Source of the DNA: Clostridia bacterium
GTDB lineage: Bacteria; Bacillota; Clostridia; Oscillospirales; CAG-272
Assembly: GCA_017504245.1 (NCBI GenBank)
Contig: JAFVRQ010000083.1
Span: 6,590-70,589 of the forward strand
DNA length: 64,000 nucleotides
Direction: 5' to 3'
In this document: positions 1-7,495 of the stretch, in pieces
Layout: each line of letters starts with the position of its first letter
How positions within the stretch are numbered: the first letter of the stretch is position 1
Translations under genes and position numbers: made by a program
The notes under the pieces: generated by a model
The model's input: only the letters and a program-made list of their open reading frames with translations
Databases searched by the model: none
Told to the model about the DNA's origin: nothing

Positions 1-1
1 A

Positions 2-1330
2 GAAAACGAAAAAGTACCCTCGCTTTCATACGAGGATGCGGACAGCAATGCAGTACAGATGATTACCGCGCATAAATCAAAGGGACTTGAATTTCCCGTT
101 TGCTTTATTTGTAACACTCAAAGCAGATTTAATCTTGATGATACAAAGCCCAATCTTCTCTATCATTCGCGCGCGGGAATTGCACTAAAGCTTGCGCTTG
201 AGGGAGGTATGGCGCGCCTTAACACCCCGCTTCGCGAAGCCGTTTCGCTTGAAATCTCAAACGCGCAATTAGAAGAAGAAATGCGAATTCTCTACGTTGC
301 ATTAACTCGCGCAAGAGAGCGACTTTACGTTACCGCACATACGCGCTCACGCCTTGAAAAGCTTGAGGAAGGCGCGCTCTCTACCAAAAAATTTGCAAGT
401 GATTTCAAGGTCAAAAGAAACAAAAATTGGCTCTCGATGATTTTGGCTTCGATTTATCCTCTTAAGGACGGTGAGAGCTACACATTTAATGCCATCGAAC
501 GCGACGGAGTTGATTTTGATTATATTGAGGAAAAATTTGAAAATCCAGACGAGCAAATGAGCATTACTCTCACAGACGAACAGGTTCAAGCGATAAAGGA
601 TAGATTGGCTTTTGAATATCCGCACGCGCATCTTAGTAAGTTACCTGCGAAGCTCTCGGTTTCAAAGCTGACGCCAACAGTTCTTGACGATATTGACAAC
701 GATGCGGCAACGCTTGAAAGCTTTGACGAGGCGAAAATTCTTGAAATTGAAGAGTTTTTTGAAAGCAAGTCAAAGACGACGAGCGCGGATAAGGGCACGG
801 CAACGCACCTTTTCTTGCAGTTCTGCGATTTTGAAAATGCGGATAAAAACGGAGCAAAAGAGGAGCTTTCGCGCCTTGTTGAGCAAAAATTTATTGCTCC
901 TCAAGTGGCGGAATTGATCAATCTGAAACAGATTGAAAAATTCTTTGAGAGCAAGTTTTATGCAACACTCAAAAATGCAAAAACGACCTATCGCGAGCAG
1001 AGATTTAACATTTTGCTCCCTGCCTCGCACTTCACACAAGATAGCAAATTCAAGGCAGAGATTGAGGAGGAAGAAATCCTCATTCAAGGTGTCATCGACC
1101 TGTTTTTTGAGGACGGAAACGGCAATATAATCCTTTGCGATTATAAGACGGACTATCTTACCCCCGAAGAATTGAGAGATGAAGCACTCGTTGTTAAGAA
1201 AATGAAGGATCGCCACGGACGTCAGCTTGAATACTACGCAATGGCAATCGAAAGATTTTTGGGCAAAGCGCCCGACAAAATTCTTATCTACTCACTTCCA
1301 TTTGGTGAAGCGGTGGAGATACCGATATAA
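2..1330 (+). CDS. addA: helicase-nuclease AddAB subunit A, C-terminal part (5' end outside window)
   Basis: Frame is open from the window edge. UvrD-type helicase motif VI (VQMITAHKSKGLEFPV) is followed by the C-terminal PD-(D/E)XK nuclease motif GVIDLFFEDGNGNIILCDYKTDY. Confidence 0.85.
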   Translation, partial: ENEKVPSLSYEDADSNAVQMITAHKSKGLEFPVCFICNTQSRFNLDDTKPNLLYHSRAGIALKLALEGGMARLNTPLREAVSLEISNAQLEEEMRILYVALTRARERLYVTAHTRSRLEKLEEGALSTKKFASDFKVKRNKNWLSMILASIYPLKDGESYTFNAIERDGVDFDYIEEKFENPDEQMSITLTDEQVQAIKDRLAFEYPHAHLSKLPAKLSVSKLTPTVLDDIDNDAATLESFDEAKILEIEEFFESKSKTTSADKGTATHLFLQFCDFENADKNGAKEELSRLVEQKFIAPQVAELINLKQIEKFFESKFYATLKNAKTTYREQRFNILLPASHFTQDSKFKAEIEEEEILIQGVIDLFFEDGNGNIILCDYKTDYLTPEELRDEALVVKKMKDRHGRQLEYYAMAIERFLGKAPDKILIYSLPFGEAVEIPI

Positions 1331-1335
1331 CAAAA

Positions 1336-1355
1336 TAAGGGGCTGTCTCAGTTAG
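1336..1355. repeat. left arm of imperfect inverted repeat (TAAGGGGCTGTCTCAGTTAG)
   Basis: Reverse complement of 1542-1562 matches 17 of 19 core positions (1337-1355). One mismatch becomes a G-U pair in a + strand RNA. Confidence 0.7.
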
Positions 1356-1442
1356 ATGTAGAAGTCGTGAATTCGCTCTCGTCGGCGTACAAAAGTACGG
1401 CAGAGAGCGAAGTCGCGGCTAAAAAGCCACATAAAAATGGAG

Positions 1443-1469
1443 AAAACCGCCGATTTTGTCGGCGGTTTT
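1443..1469. terminator. bidirectional intrinsic terminator after addA
   Basis: Stem CCGCCGA 1447-1453 / TCGGCGG 1459-1465, flanked by an A-run (1443-1446) and a T-run (1466-1469). Confidence 0.8.
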
Positions 1470-1541
1470 CAACTTTGTAAGAAATTTATACGCAAAAACG
1501 TGTATTTTTCTCTTTTTTATTTCGGTGGCTTTTGTTCTACG

Positions 1542-1562
1542 CTAAATGAGACAGTCCCTTTA
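1542..1562. repeat. right arm of imperfect inverted repeat (CTAAATGAGACAGTCCCTTTA)
   Basis: Partner of 1336-1355. A related AAGGGGCT string recurs at 2673-2682. Confidence 0.7.
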
Positions 1563-1717
1563 TTGATTTACTTACTTAAATTCAGCAATTGCATTTTCTA
1601 TTTTTGCTTTTTCTTTATAATACCATTCTTCAAATCCGTTTTCCAATTCTTTTTTCATCTCATCATATCAACTATTGTTTTTCTAAAACGGTTATTCATA
1701 ATCTTTTCTCGTTCCTT

Positions 1718-2122
1718 TTATATTCCCTTGTGTCTATATACGACCATTCTCAAATCATCCGCTGCCTTTGAGGGATTCTTGATGTTATGATACGTATATT
1801 TTCTTTTATTTGTTTCAATAACAAGCATTCCACTGCCCGAATCCAAGCTATAAACGGATTCTATATCGGATGCATTAATCGTTACTTTGTCATTAACCAA
1901 TTCGATTTGACCCGAAAAATCATCAACCATAATTGCATTCTTGTTCACTTTAATATCCTTTATCAAGAAATTAATAAAAATACAACTAAATCCCAAGAGA
2001 AGCAAGCACAGAAAAAATTCTCCGCTACTCAATGCAAGAATCAACATACTAAACAAAAAATATAATAAAACCGATTTTAAAGCTATATCCTTAATTCTTG
2101 TATTTTCTGCTACGACTCTCAT
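1718..2122 (-). CDS. small membrane protein: two N-terminal TM helices plus a C-terminal PH-like domain (YdbS/bPH-like by pattern)
   Basis: 134-aa ORF with an ATGA start/stop overlap with the upstream paralogue. Hydrophobic segments LLYFLFSMLILAL and FFLCLLLLGFSCIFINFLI. C-terminal MLVIETNKRKYTYHNIKNP resembles KIIIVTATKQYTFKHVKD of its partner. Lies in a low-G+C islet. Confidence 0.55.
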   Translation of the reverse strand: MRVVAENTRIKDIALKSVLLYFLFSMLILALSSGEFFLCLLLLGFSCIFINFLIKDIKVNKNAIMVDDFSGQIELVNDKVTINASDIESVYSLDSGSGMLVIETNKRKYTYHNIKNPSKAADDLRMVVYRHKGI

Positions 2123-2595
2123 ATAATTCCCATCTCCTTTTTATTTTGTAAAATCATTAAATTGAGTATCATTTCAATCTTACCGCAATCCTTAACGTGT
2201 TTAAACGTATATTGCTTTGTTGCCGTTACAATTATTATCTTACCAAATGAAGAGGTTGAATAACGACCGCCTCTGATTACTACTACTTTTTTAACGTTTG
2301 AAATATGTAAATTTATATCATTTTTATCAGTATGGATTGTCTTTGTTAACAGATTAATAGAAAACACGTTTCGGGGCTTGCCAAAATCTATCACAAGCAA
2401 AACAATTGCCAAGCCGAAATAAATCAAGATATAGCTAAAAAATACTAATTTTTCATCATCTGCCAATACATTATCAGCACCCGTCGACAACAACATAATC
2501 AAAGAAATCAAACCAATAAATAAAAACCAAACACTCAAGCCAACAAATCTTCTTTTTCTCTTTGCAATTATAATCTTTCCAAAGCTCTCATTCAT
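2119..2595 (-). CDS. small membrane protein: two TM helices plus a C-terminal PH-like domain, paralogue of 1718-2122
   Basis: 158-aa ORF. TM segments FVGLSVWFLFIGLISLIMLL and LVFFSYILIYFGLAIVLLVI. RBS GAGAGG upstream of the ATG at 2595. Promoter at 2628-2656. Confidence 0.6.
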   Translation of the reverse strand: MNESFGKIIIAKRKRRFVGLSVWFLFIGLISLIMLLSTGADNVLADDEKLVFFSYILIYFGLAIVLLVIDFGKPRNVFSINLLTKTIHTDKNDINLHISNVKKVVVIRGGRYSTSSFGKIIIVTATKQYTFKHVKDCGKIEMILNLMILQNKKEMGII

Positions 2596-2627
2596 AGTTT
2601 TTTACCTCTCTTCATTACTGTATCTAA

Positions 2628-2656
2628 ATTGTACAATATATAACCGTTTTTTTCAA
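2628..2656 (-). promoter_or_regulatory. sigmaA-type promoter for the PH-like gene pair
   Basis: On the minus strand: TTGAAA (2656-2651), 17-nt spacer, TACAAT (2633-2628). Confidence 0.55.
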
Positions 2657-2700
2657 TAGCTATAGGTGCAAGATAAGGGGCTCTATTTTGTATTTTTTGC

Positions 2701-2729
2701 AAAAAAAGCACGGATTTCCGTGCTTTTTT
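2701..2729. terminator. bidirectional intrinsic terminator after typA
   Basis: Stem GCACGG 2708-2713 / CCGTGC 2718-2723 with an A7 run before and a T6 run after. Confidence 0.85.
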
Positions 2730-2732
2730 ATC

Positions 2733-4574
2733 TTATTTAATATCAACTATTCCGCGTCTTGCTCTCATCTGCGCCTTCATACGAAGCTCGGTGTTGAGAA
2801 TTTTCTTGCGAAGTCGAATTGACTTTGGCGTTACCTCGATAAGCTCGTCATCGTTAATATATTCGATTGCTTCTTCAAGAGTAAATATCTGAGGAGGAGT
2901 GAGAAGGAGCTTTTCATCCGCTCCCGTTGAACGAATTGCCGTGAGGTGCTTTTCCTTGCAGGGATTAACCGCAATATCGTCGTTCTTGGGGTTTTCACCG
3001 ATGATCATACCCTCATAAACCTTGGTTTGAGGTCCAACGAAAAGGCGTCCTCTTTCCTGCGTGTTAAACAAGCCGTATCTTGTGGTTTCACCGTTTTCAG
3101 AAGCGATAAGACAACCCGTAAATCTCATTGTTACCTCGCCCTTATAGGGTTGATAGCCGTCGAAAAGTGTGTTGATAAGGCCCTCGCCTCTCGTATCGGT
3201 CAAAAACTCGGAGCGGTAACCGAAAAGGCAACGTGAAGGAATTGAATATTCAACTCTCATTCTGTTTCCAAGGGGTGTCATCTCGATAAGGTCGCCCTTA
3301 CGTCTGCCGAGCTTTTCGATAACGGAGCCAACGTAATCGCAGGGCACGTCGATGGTTACTCTCTCCATCGGCTCACACTTAACGCCGTCTATTTCCTTAT
3401 AAAGCACTCTTGGGTTGGAGCACATAAGCTCAAAGCCCTCGCGTCTCATATTTTCGATAAGTATTGAAAGGTGCATTTCGCCTCTGCCCGCCACCTTGAA
3501 GGAGTCGGTTGTTTCACCGTCGCTAACGCGAAGTGAAACGTCCTTGAGAAGCTCACGGTAAAGGCGGTCACGGATCTGACGTGACGTTACGAACTTACCC
3601 TCCTGACCTGCAAGGGGGCTATCGTTAACGGCAAAGGTCATTTCCATCGTGGGCTCGCTCACCTTAACGAATTCAAGGGGCTCGATGCACGTTGTTGACG
3701 TGATCGTATCACCTATAGTAATATTCTCTGCACCGCTGAAGCAAACGATGTCACCAATCTTTGCGTTTTCAACCTGAACTCTGCCAAGACCGTTAATTTG
3801 ATAAAGAGAAACTATCTTTGCTCTCTTTGGAGCAGCTTTTGAGTGGAAGTTGGAGATCATAACCTCCTGACCCTGCTTAATAGTTCCGCGCTCAACCCTT
3901 CCTATACCGATACGTCCAACGAAATCGTTATAGTCGATTGAGGAGATAAGCAGCTGAAGGTCGCCCTCCTCGTCGCCCTCGGGCGCGGGAATATATTCAA
4001 GGATTTTATTGAAAAGTGGCTTTAAGTCAGTACCTGCAACGTCCATATCCTCGCTCGCAGTTCCCGCTCTGCCCGAGCAGAAAAGCATTGGAGAATCAAG
4101 CTGCTCGTCGTTTGCGCCAAGGTCAATAAGAAGCTCAAGAACCTCGTCGATAACCTCACTAATGCGTGCGTCGGGCTTGTCGATTTTATTAACAACGACG
4201 ATTACTCTATGGTTAAGCTCAAGCGCTCTCTGAAGCACGAAGCGGGTCTGGGGCATAGGTCCCTCTGCCGCGTCAACGAGTAGGATAACTCCGTTAACCA
4301 TTTTGAGAATACGCTCAACCTCGCCGCCGAAGTCAGCGTGTCCGGGAGTGTCGATGATATTAATCTTTACGCCGTTGTAATTAACCGCGGTATTTTTTGC
4401 AAGAATAGTAATACCTCTTTCGCGCTCAAGGTCATTAGAATCCATTACTCTTTCCTCGGTTGCCTGATTTTCGCGGTAAATTCCGCCCTGCTTCAAAAGC
4501 TGGTCAACAAGCGTTGTTTTTCCGTGGTCAACGTGCGCAATAATAGCTATATTTCTTAAATCTTCTCTTACCAC
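2733..4574 (-). CDS. typA: translational GTPase TypA/BipA
   Basis: 613 aa. G1 motif [25 protein letters not shown]-like domain order without domain IV. GTG start preceded by GGAGG. Confidence 0.95.
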   Translation of the reverse strand: MVREDLRNIAIIAHVDHGKTTLVDQLLKQGGIYRENQATEERVMDSNDLERERGITILAKNTAVNYNGVKINIIDTPGHADFGGEVERILKMVNGVILLVDAAEGPMPQTRFVLQRALELNHRVIVVVNKIDKPDARISEVIDEVLELLIDLGANDEQLDSPMLFCSGRAGTASEDMDVAGTDLKPLFNKILEYIPAPEGDEEGDLQLLISSIDYNDFVGRIGIGRVERGTIKQGQEVMISNFHSKAAPKRAKIVSLYQINGLGRVQVENAKIGDIVCFSGAENITIGDTITSTTCIEPLEFVKVSEPTMEMTFAVNDSPLAGQEGKFVTSRQIRDRLYRELLKDVSLRVSDGETTDSFKVAGRGEMHLSILIENMRREGFELMCSNPRVLYKEIDGVKCEPMERVTIDVPCDYVGSVIEKLGRRKGDLIEMTPLGNRMRVEYSIPSRCLFGYRSEFLTDTRGEGLINTLFDGYQPYKGEVTMRFTGCLIASENGETTRYGLFNTQERGRLFVGPQTKVYEGMIIGENPKNDDIAVNPCKEKHLTAIRSTGADEKLLLTPPQIFTLEEAIEYINDDELIEVTPKSIRLRKKILNTELRMKAQMRARRGIVDIK

Positions 4575-4709
4575 TTTTTGCCTCCGTAAATATGTAAAAA
4601 ATAAACCAATATATTATAACACTTTTTTAATTAATAATATATAGTTATTTTCACTTGAATTTTCGCCGATTTTTGACAAATTTTTGTGATATTTTTACAG
4701 TTTTAGTGT

Positions 4710-4738
4710 TTGACATATCAAGAAAAATATGGTATAAT
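4710..4738 (+). promoter_or_regulatory. sigmaA-type promoter with extended -10
   Basis: TTGACA 4710-4715, 17-nt spacer, TGgTATAAT 4730-4738; 35 nt upstream of the ATG at 4774. Confidence 0.7.
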
Positions 4739-4773
4739 AAAGTATCTATAGTACTTTTTGAAAGGATTTTTAA

Positions 4774-5436
4774 ATGAGATCTTATTTAAAAGCATTGTTT
4801 TTTGATTTAGACGGCACTTTAGCCGATACTGTCCCTGCTATAGCAGAGGCGGTCAATTTAACCTTACTTGAGCTTGGTTTTCCAACACATACCACGGAGG
4901 AAATTAAATCATATATCGGAAAAGGCCCGCGCCATCTGATTTCTGAAGCGCTCCCAAAGGATATAAGAGAGAATCATCCCGAAACGGTTGACAAGGCACT
5001 CGCTATCTACAATGAGGCGTATGCTAAAACCTATCTCAATACGGACAAGCTTTATGACGGTATGGAGGAGGCAATTATCACCCTCTCCAAATACTATAAA
5101 ATCGCCGTGCTTTCAAACAAACAGGACGAATATGTTAAAAACCTTGTTAAGCAGCTTTTGCCCGAGGGAATTTGCTCGCTTGCTTGCGGTACTGTTAACG
5201 GAATCCCCGCAAAGCCCGACTCAACTCTCGCGCTCAAAATGGCTGAGGAGCTTCAGGTCGAGCATTACGAATGTATGCTCATCGGTGACAGCGATATTGA
5301 CCTTCTCACCGCAGAAAACGCGGGCTTTGACGTGCTTTCGGTTTCTTGGGGCTACGTTTCAAAATCAAAGCTACTTATCAAGGGCGCGCAGGATATAATC
5401 GACTCCCCAAAGGAATTGGTTGAATATTTTGAATAG
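4774..5436 (+). CDS. HAD-IA family phosphatase (phosphoglycolate-phosphatase-like)
   Basis: Motif I FFDLDGTLADT, SNK motif, and C-terminal GDSDIDLLTAENAG (motif IV). Confidence 0.8.
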   Translation: MRSYLKALFFDLDGTLADTVPAIAEAVNLTLLELGFPTHTTEEIKSYIGKGPRHLISEALPKDIRENHPETVDKALAIYNEAYAKTYLNTDKLYDGMEEAIITLSKYYKIAVLSNKQDEYVKNLVKQLLPEGICSLACGTVNGIPAKPDSTLALKMAEELQVEHYECMLIGDSDIDLLTAENAGFDVLSVSWGYVSKSKLLIKGAQDIIDSPKELVEYFE

Positions 5437-5446
5437 GAGAATTATT

Positions 5447-6076
5447 ATGGCAGAAAACAAAACGAAAAAATATTTGTATGCGATTTTTCTTGCAATAGCT
5501 GTTGCGGCAGTTGGGCTTGTGCTCTATAAATTTGATTTTCAAATCTTATTTTTCATTCGCGACCGCATTCGCAACCCGTTTTTGAACGTTGTAGTTCCCT
5601 TTTATACAGGGCTTGGGGATGACGGCATTATTTGGATTGTTGTTGGCGTTTTAATGCTAATCCCAAAAAAGACGAGAAAGTGCGGAATTATGGTGCTTGC
5701 GGCTCTTCTTGTTATGCTCGTAACGAACAACATCATTCTCAAAAATCTCATCGCAAGGGCGCGTCCCTATGCAACCTATCCCGAATTGGTTGCGGATCTT
5801 GCCGATATAATACATATTCCAAAATCCTATTCCTTCCCCTCAGGACACACGGTTTCCGCAATGGCAACAGCATTCACGATATTCTCACAACACAAAAAAC
5901 TCGGTATCGCGGCAATCGTAGCCGCGACCTTGATGGGACTTTCACGTCTTTACGTTGGCGTTCACTTCCCAACCGACGTTTACGGCGGAGTTATCGTTGG
6001 CGCATTAATTGCTCTTTTCGTATATTGGGCGGAAAAGAAAATAACACCTATTCTTGTTTCTAAATTCAAAAAATAA
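5447..6076 (+). CDS. PAP2-family membrane phosphatase
   Basis: PSGHT and SRLYVGVHFPTDV acid-phosphatase motifs with multiple TM helices. Start moved to the ATG at 5447, which has AGGAGA at 5435-5440. Confidence 0.8.
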   Translation: MAENKTKKYLYAIFLAIAVAAVGLVLYKFDFQILFFIRDRIRNPFLNVVVPFYTGLGDDGIIWIVVGVLMLIPKKTRKCGIMVLAALLVMLVTNNIILKNLIARARPYATYPELVADLADIIHIPKSYSFPSGHTVSAMATAFTIFSQHKKLGIAAIVAATLMGLSRLYVGVHFPTDVYGGVIVGALIALFVYWAEKKITPILVSKFKK

Positions 6077-6079
6077 CTA

Positions 6080-6114
6080 AAAAAGTCCTGACCCGCGCGG
6101 GTCAGGACTTTTTT
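6080..6114. terminator. bidirectional intrinsic terminator
   Basis: 11-bp stem AGTCCTGACCC 6084-6094 / GGGTCAGGACT 6099-6109, A-run before and T-run after. Sits between convergent genes. Confidence 0.9.
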
Positions 6115-6119
6115 ATTAA

Positions 6120-7223
6120 TTAAAATAACAAATCGATAATCTTTTCAGCCGCGGTATCGTAATCACCGTTATTCTCAACAACGAAATCGCATATCTCCTC
6201 GTTTCGTCTTTCGTCATCAATGGCAATTATGCGGTTAACCTTATCCTCGTTACTGCTGTTCTTTTCAAGAATTGAAGCAAGCAGGTCACGCTTGTCACGC
6301 TTGATATAAACCGTAACTACGTTTTTATAATGGGTTTTAAGCGACATCGCACCGCAAATATCCATTATGGTCAGCACGGTTTTGCCATCGCCAAGAAGCG
6401 CGTCAATATCGCTCCTTTTAGAACCGAAGCCGTGCCCTGCGTACATAGTGGATTCAAAAAGCTCGTTATTATCGAGCATTTTGAAGAACTCGCTTTTGTC
6501 AACGTAGTTATACCAATCGTTTTCGGTGTTTGCCGTGGGGTCGATGGTGGTGTAGCTGAGAAGCTTTTCAAATCTTTGCTCCCTTTCAAGCAAAGCCTTT
6601 GCAATGTTGCTCTTTCCCGAGCCCGATGGACCAACAAGAGCAACTATAGATGGGTTTTTGTTATCGTCGCGCATAGCCGAATAGCTTGAGCTGATAACCT
6701 CAACGAGCTTCAAAAACTCATCGTAGTTATTAACCGCAAGCATACCCGTTGCGCTCTGATTCCAAGGGCGACGCAAAAGAATTGGATATGCCGCATTGGA
6801 TTTAAGAACGTTGTGCATACCGTCATCAAAAAGGATGTCAACGTTGAGCTTATCCTTTCTTGATGCCATATAGATATTCTCAGGCGGTATTTCGGGAAAT
6901 TCACGCATAATCACCTCTGCGCGAATACTCATAAACTGAGGATAAACCGAGGTACACACAAACACCTCTGTCATCTGAGAAAGCTTGCGAACAAACTCTT
7001 TAGCGCCCTCAATAACGGGCTGAGTTCTGAAAAATTCTTCGGTAAAGAACTCAAATATCACGTCCGCGCGTGTTCCGAGCTTTCCCCAGCGGTCAACCTC
7101 GTAAATAGTAAGCGGCGGATCGAATTTATATTTTTCGTTAGCCAATTTTATAGCATACGGAATACATTCAAGCAAAACGTCATCCACGTCAAGCGCGGTT
7201 GTCATTCTGAATCTTCTGCTCAT
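6120..7223 (-). CDS. fusion protein: N-terminal NT5C-type 5'(3')-deoxyribonucleotidase-like HAD domain plus C-terminal guanylate-kinase-like P-loop domain
   Basis: N-terminus has LDVDDVLLE (DxDxV/T HAD motif I) and ILFDDG. C-terminus has Walker A GPSGSGKS and SYTT, but lacks the Arg residues of the Gmk S-x-T-T-R-x-x-R signature (SYTTIDPTANTE). Confidence 0.7.
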   Translation of the reverse strand: MSRRFRMTTALDVDDVLLECIPYAIKLANEKYKFDPPLTIYEVDRWGKLGTRADVIFEFFTEEFFRTQPVIEGAKEFVRKLSQMTEVFVCTSVYPQFMSIRAEVIMREFPEIPPENIYMASRKDKLNVDILFDDGMHNVLKSNAAYPILLRRPWNQSATGMLAVNNYDEFLKLVEVISSSYSAMRDDNKNPSIVALVGPSGSGKSNIAKALLEREQRFEKLLSYTTIDPTANTENDWYNYVDKSEFFKMLDNNELFESTMYAGHGFGSKRSDIDALLGDGKTVLTIMDICGAMSLKTHYKNVVTVYIKRDKRDLLASILEKNSSNEDKVNRIIAIDDERRNEEICDFVVENNGDYDTAAEKIIDLLF

Positions 7224-7237
7224 TTTTTAATTCCTTT

Positions 7238-7471
7238 CTATCCCTTGGGGAAGCAAATAAACGCGATAAGAAGCGAAGCAAGTGACAAAAACAAAAAGTG
7301 TACGCCAAGCTGTCCTATAAGATTTGAAACGAACGGCTTTTCTGCCTTTTTGTGAAAGGTTTTGGTAAAGCCCTTTGCCGTAAAATAGTGAAAGAAAAAG
7401 TAGTTAAAAACCAAAATCAATGCGGAAATAACGAACGATACTCCCGATAAAAGCAATAAATTTCTTCCCAT
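7238..7471 (-). CDS. small membrane protein (two TM helices), unknown function
   Basis: 77-aa ORF, co-directional and tightly spaced between 7496-9319 and 6120-7223. Hydrophobic segments LLLLSGVSFVISALILVF and LGVHFLFLSLASLLIAFI. Confidence 0.5.
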   Translation of the reverse strand: MGRNLLLLSGVSFVISALILVFNYFFFHYFTAKGFTKTFHKKAEKPFVSNLIGQLGVHFLFLSLASLLIAFICFPKG

Positions 7472-7495
7472 ATAGTATTCCCTTTCCTTTAAAAA

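Noticed and set aside
1437-1790. 117-codon + strand ORF (and nested 1589-1771)
   Set aside because: It is a Phe/Ile/Leu-rich low-complexity translation of AT-rich DNA. It starts inside the addA terminator region and runs antisense to the end of the PH-like cassette.
4664-4674. CGCCGATTTTT 11-mer shared by 4664-4674 and 22101-22111, with a 10-nt version at 1448-1457, considered as a dispersed regulatory motif
   Set aside because: There are only three short hits. One is simply half of a terminator stem, and there is no consistent position relative to promoters. This is insufficient to call a motif, so it is mentioned only within the glgC upstream finding.
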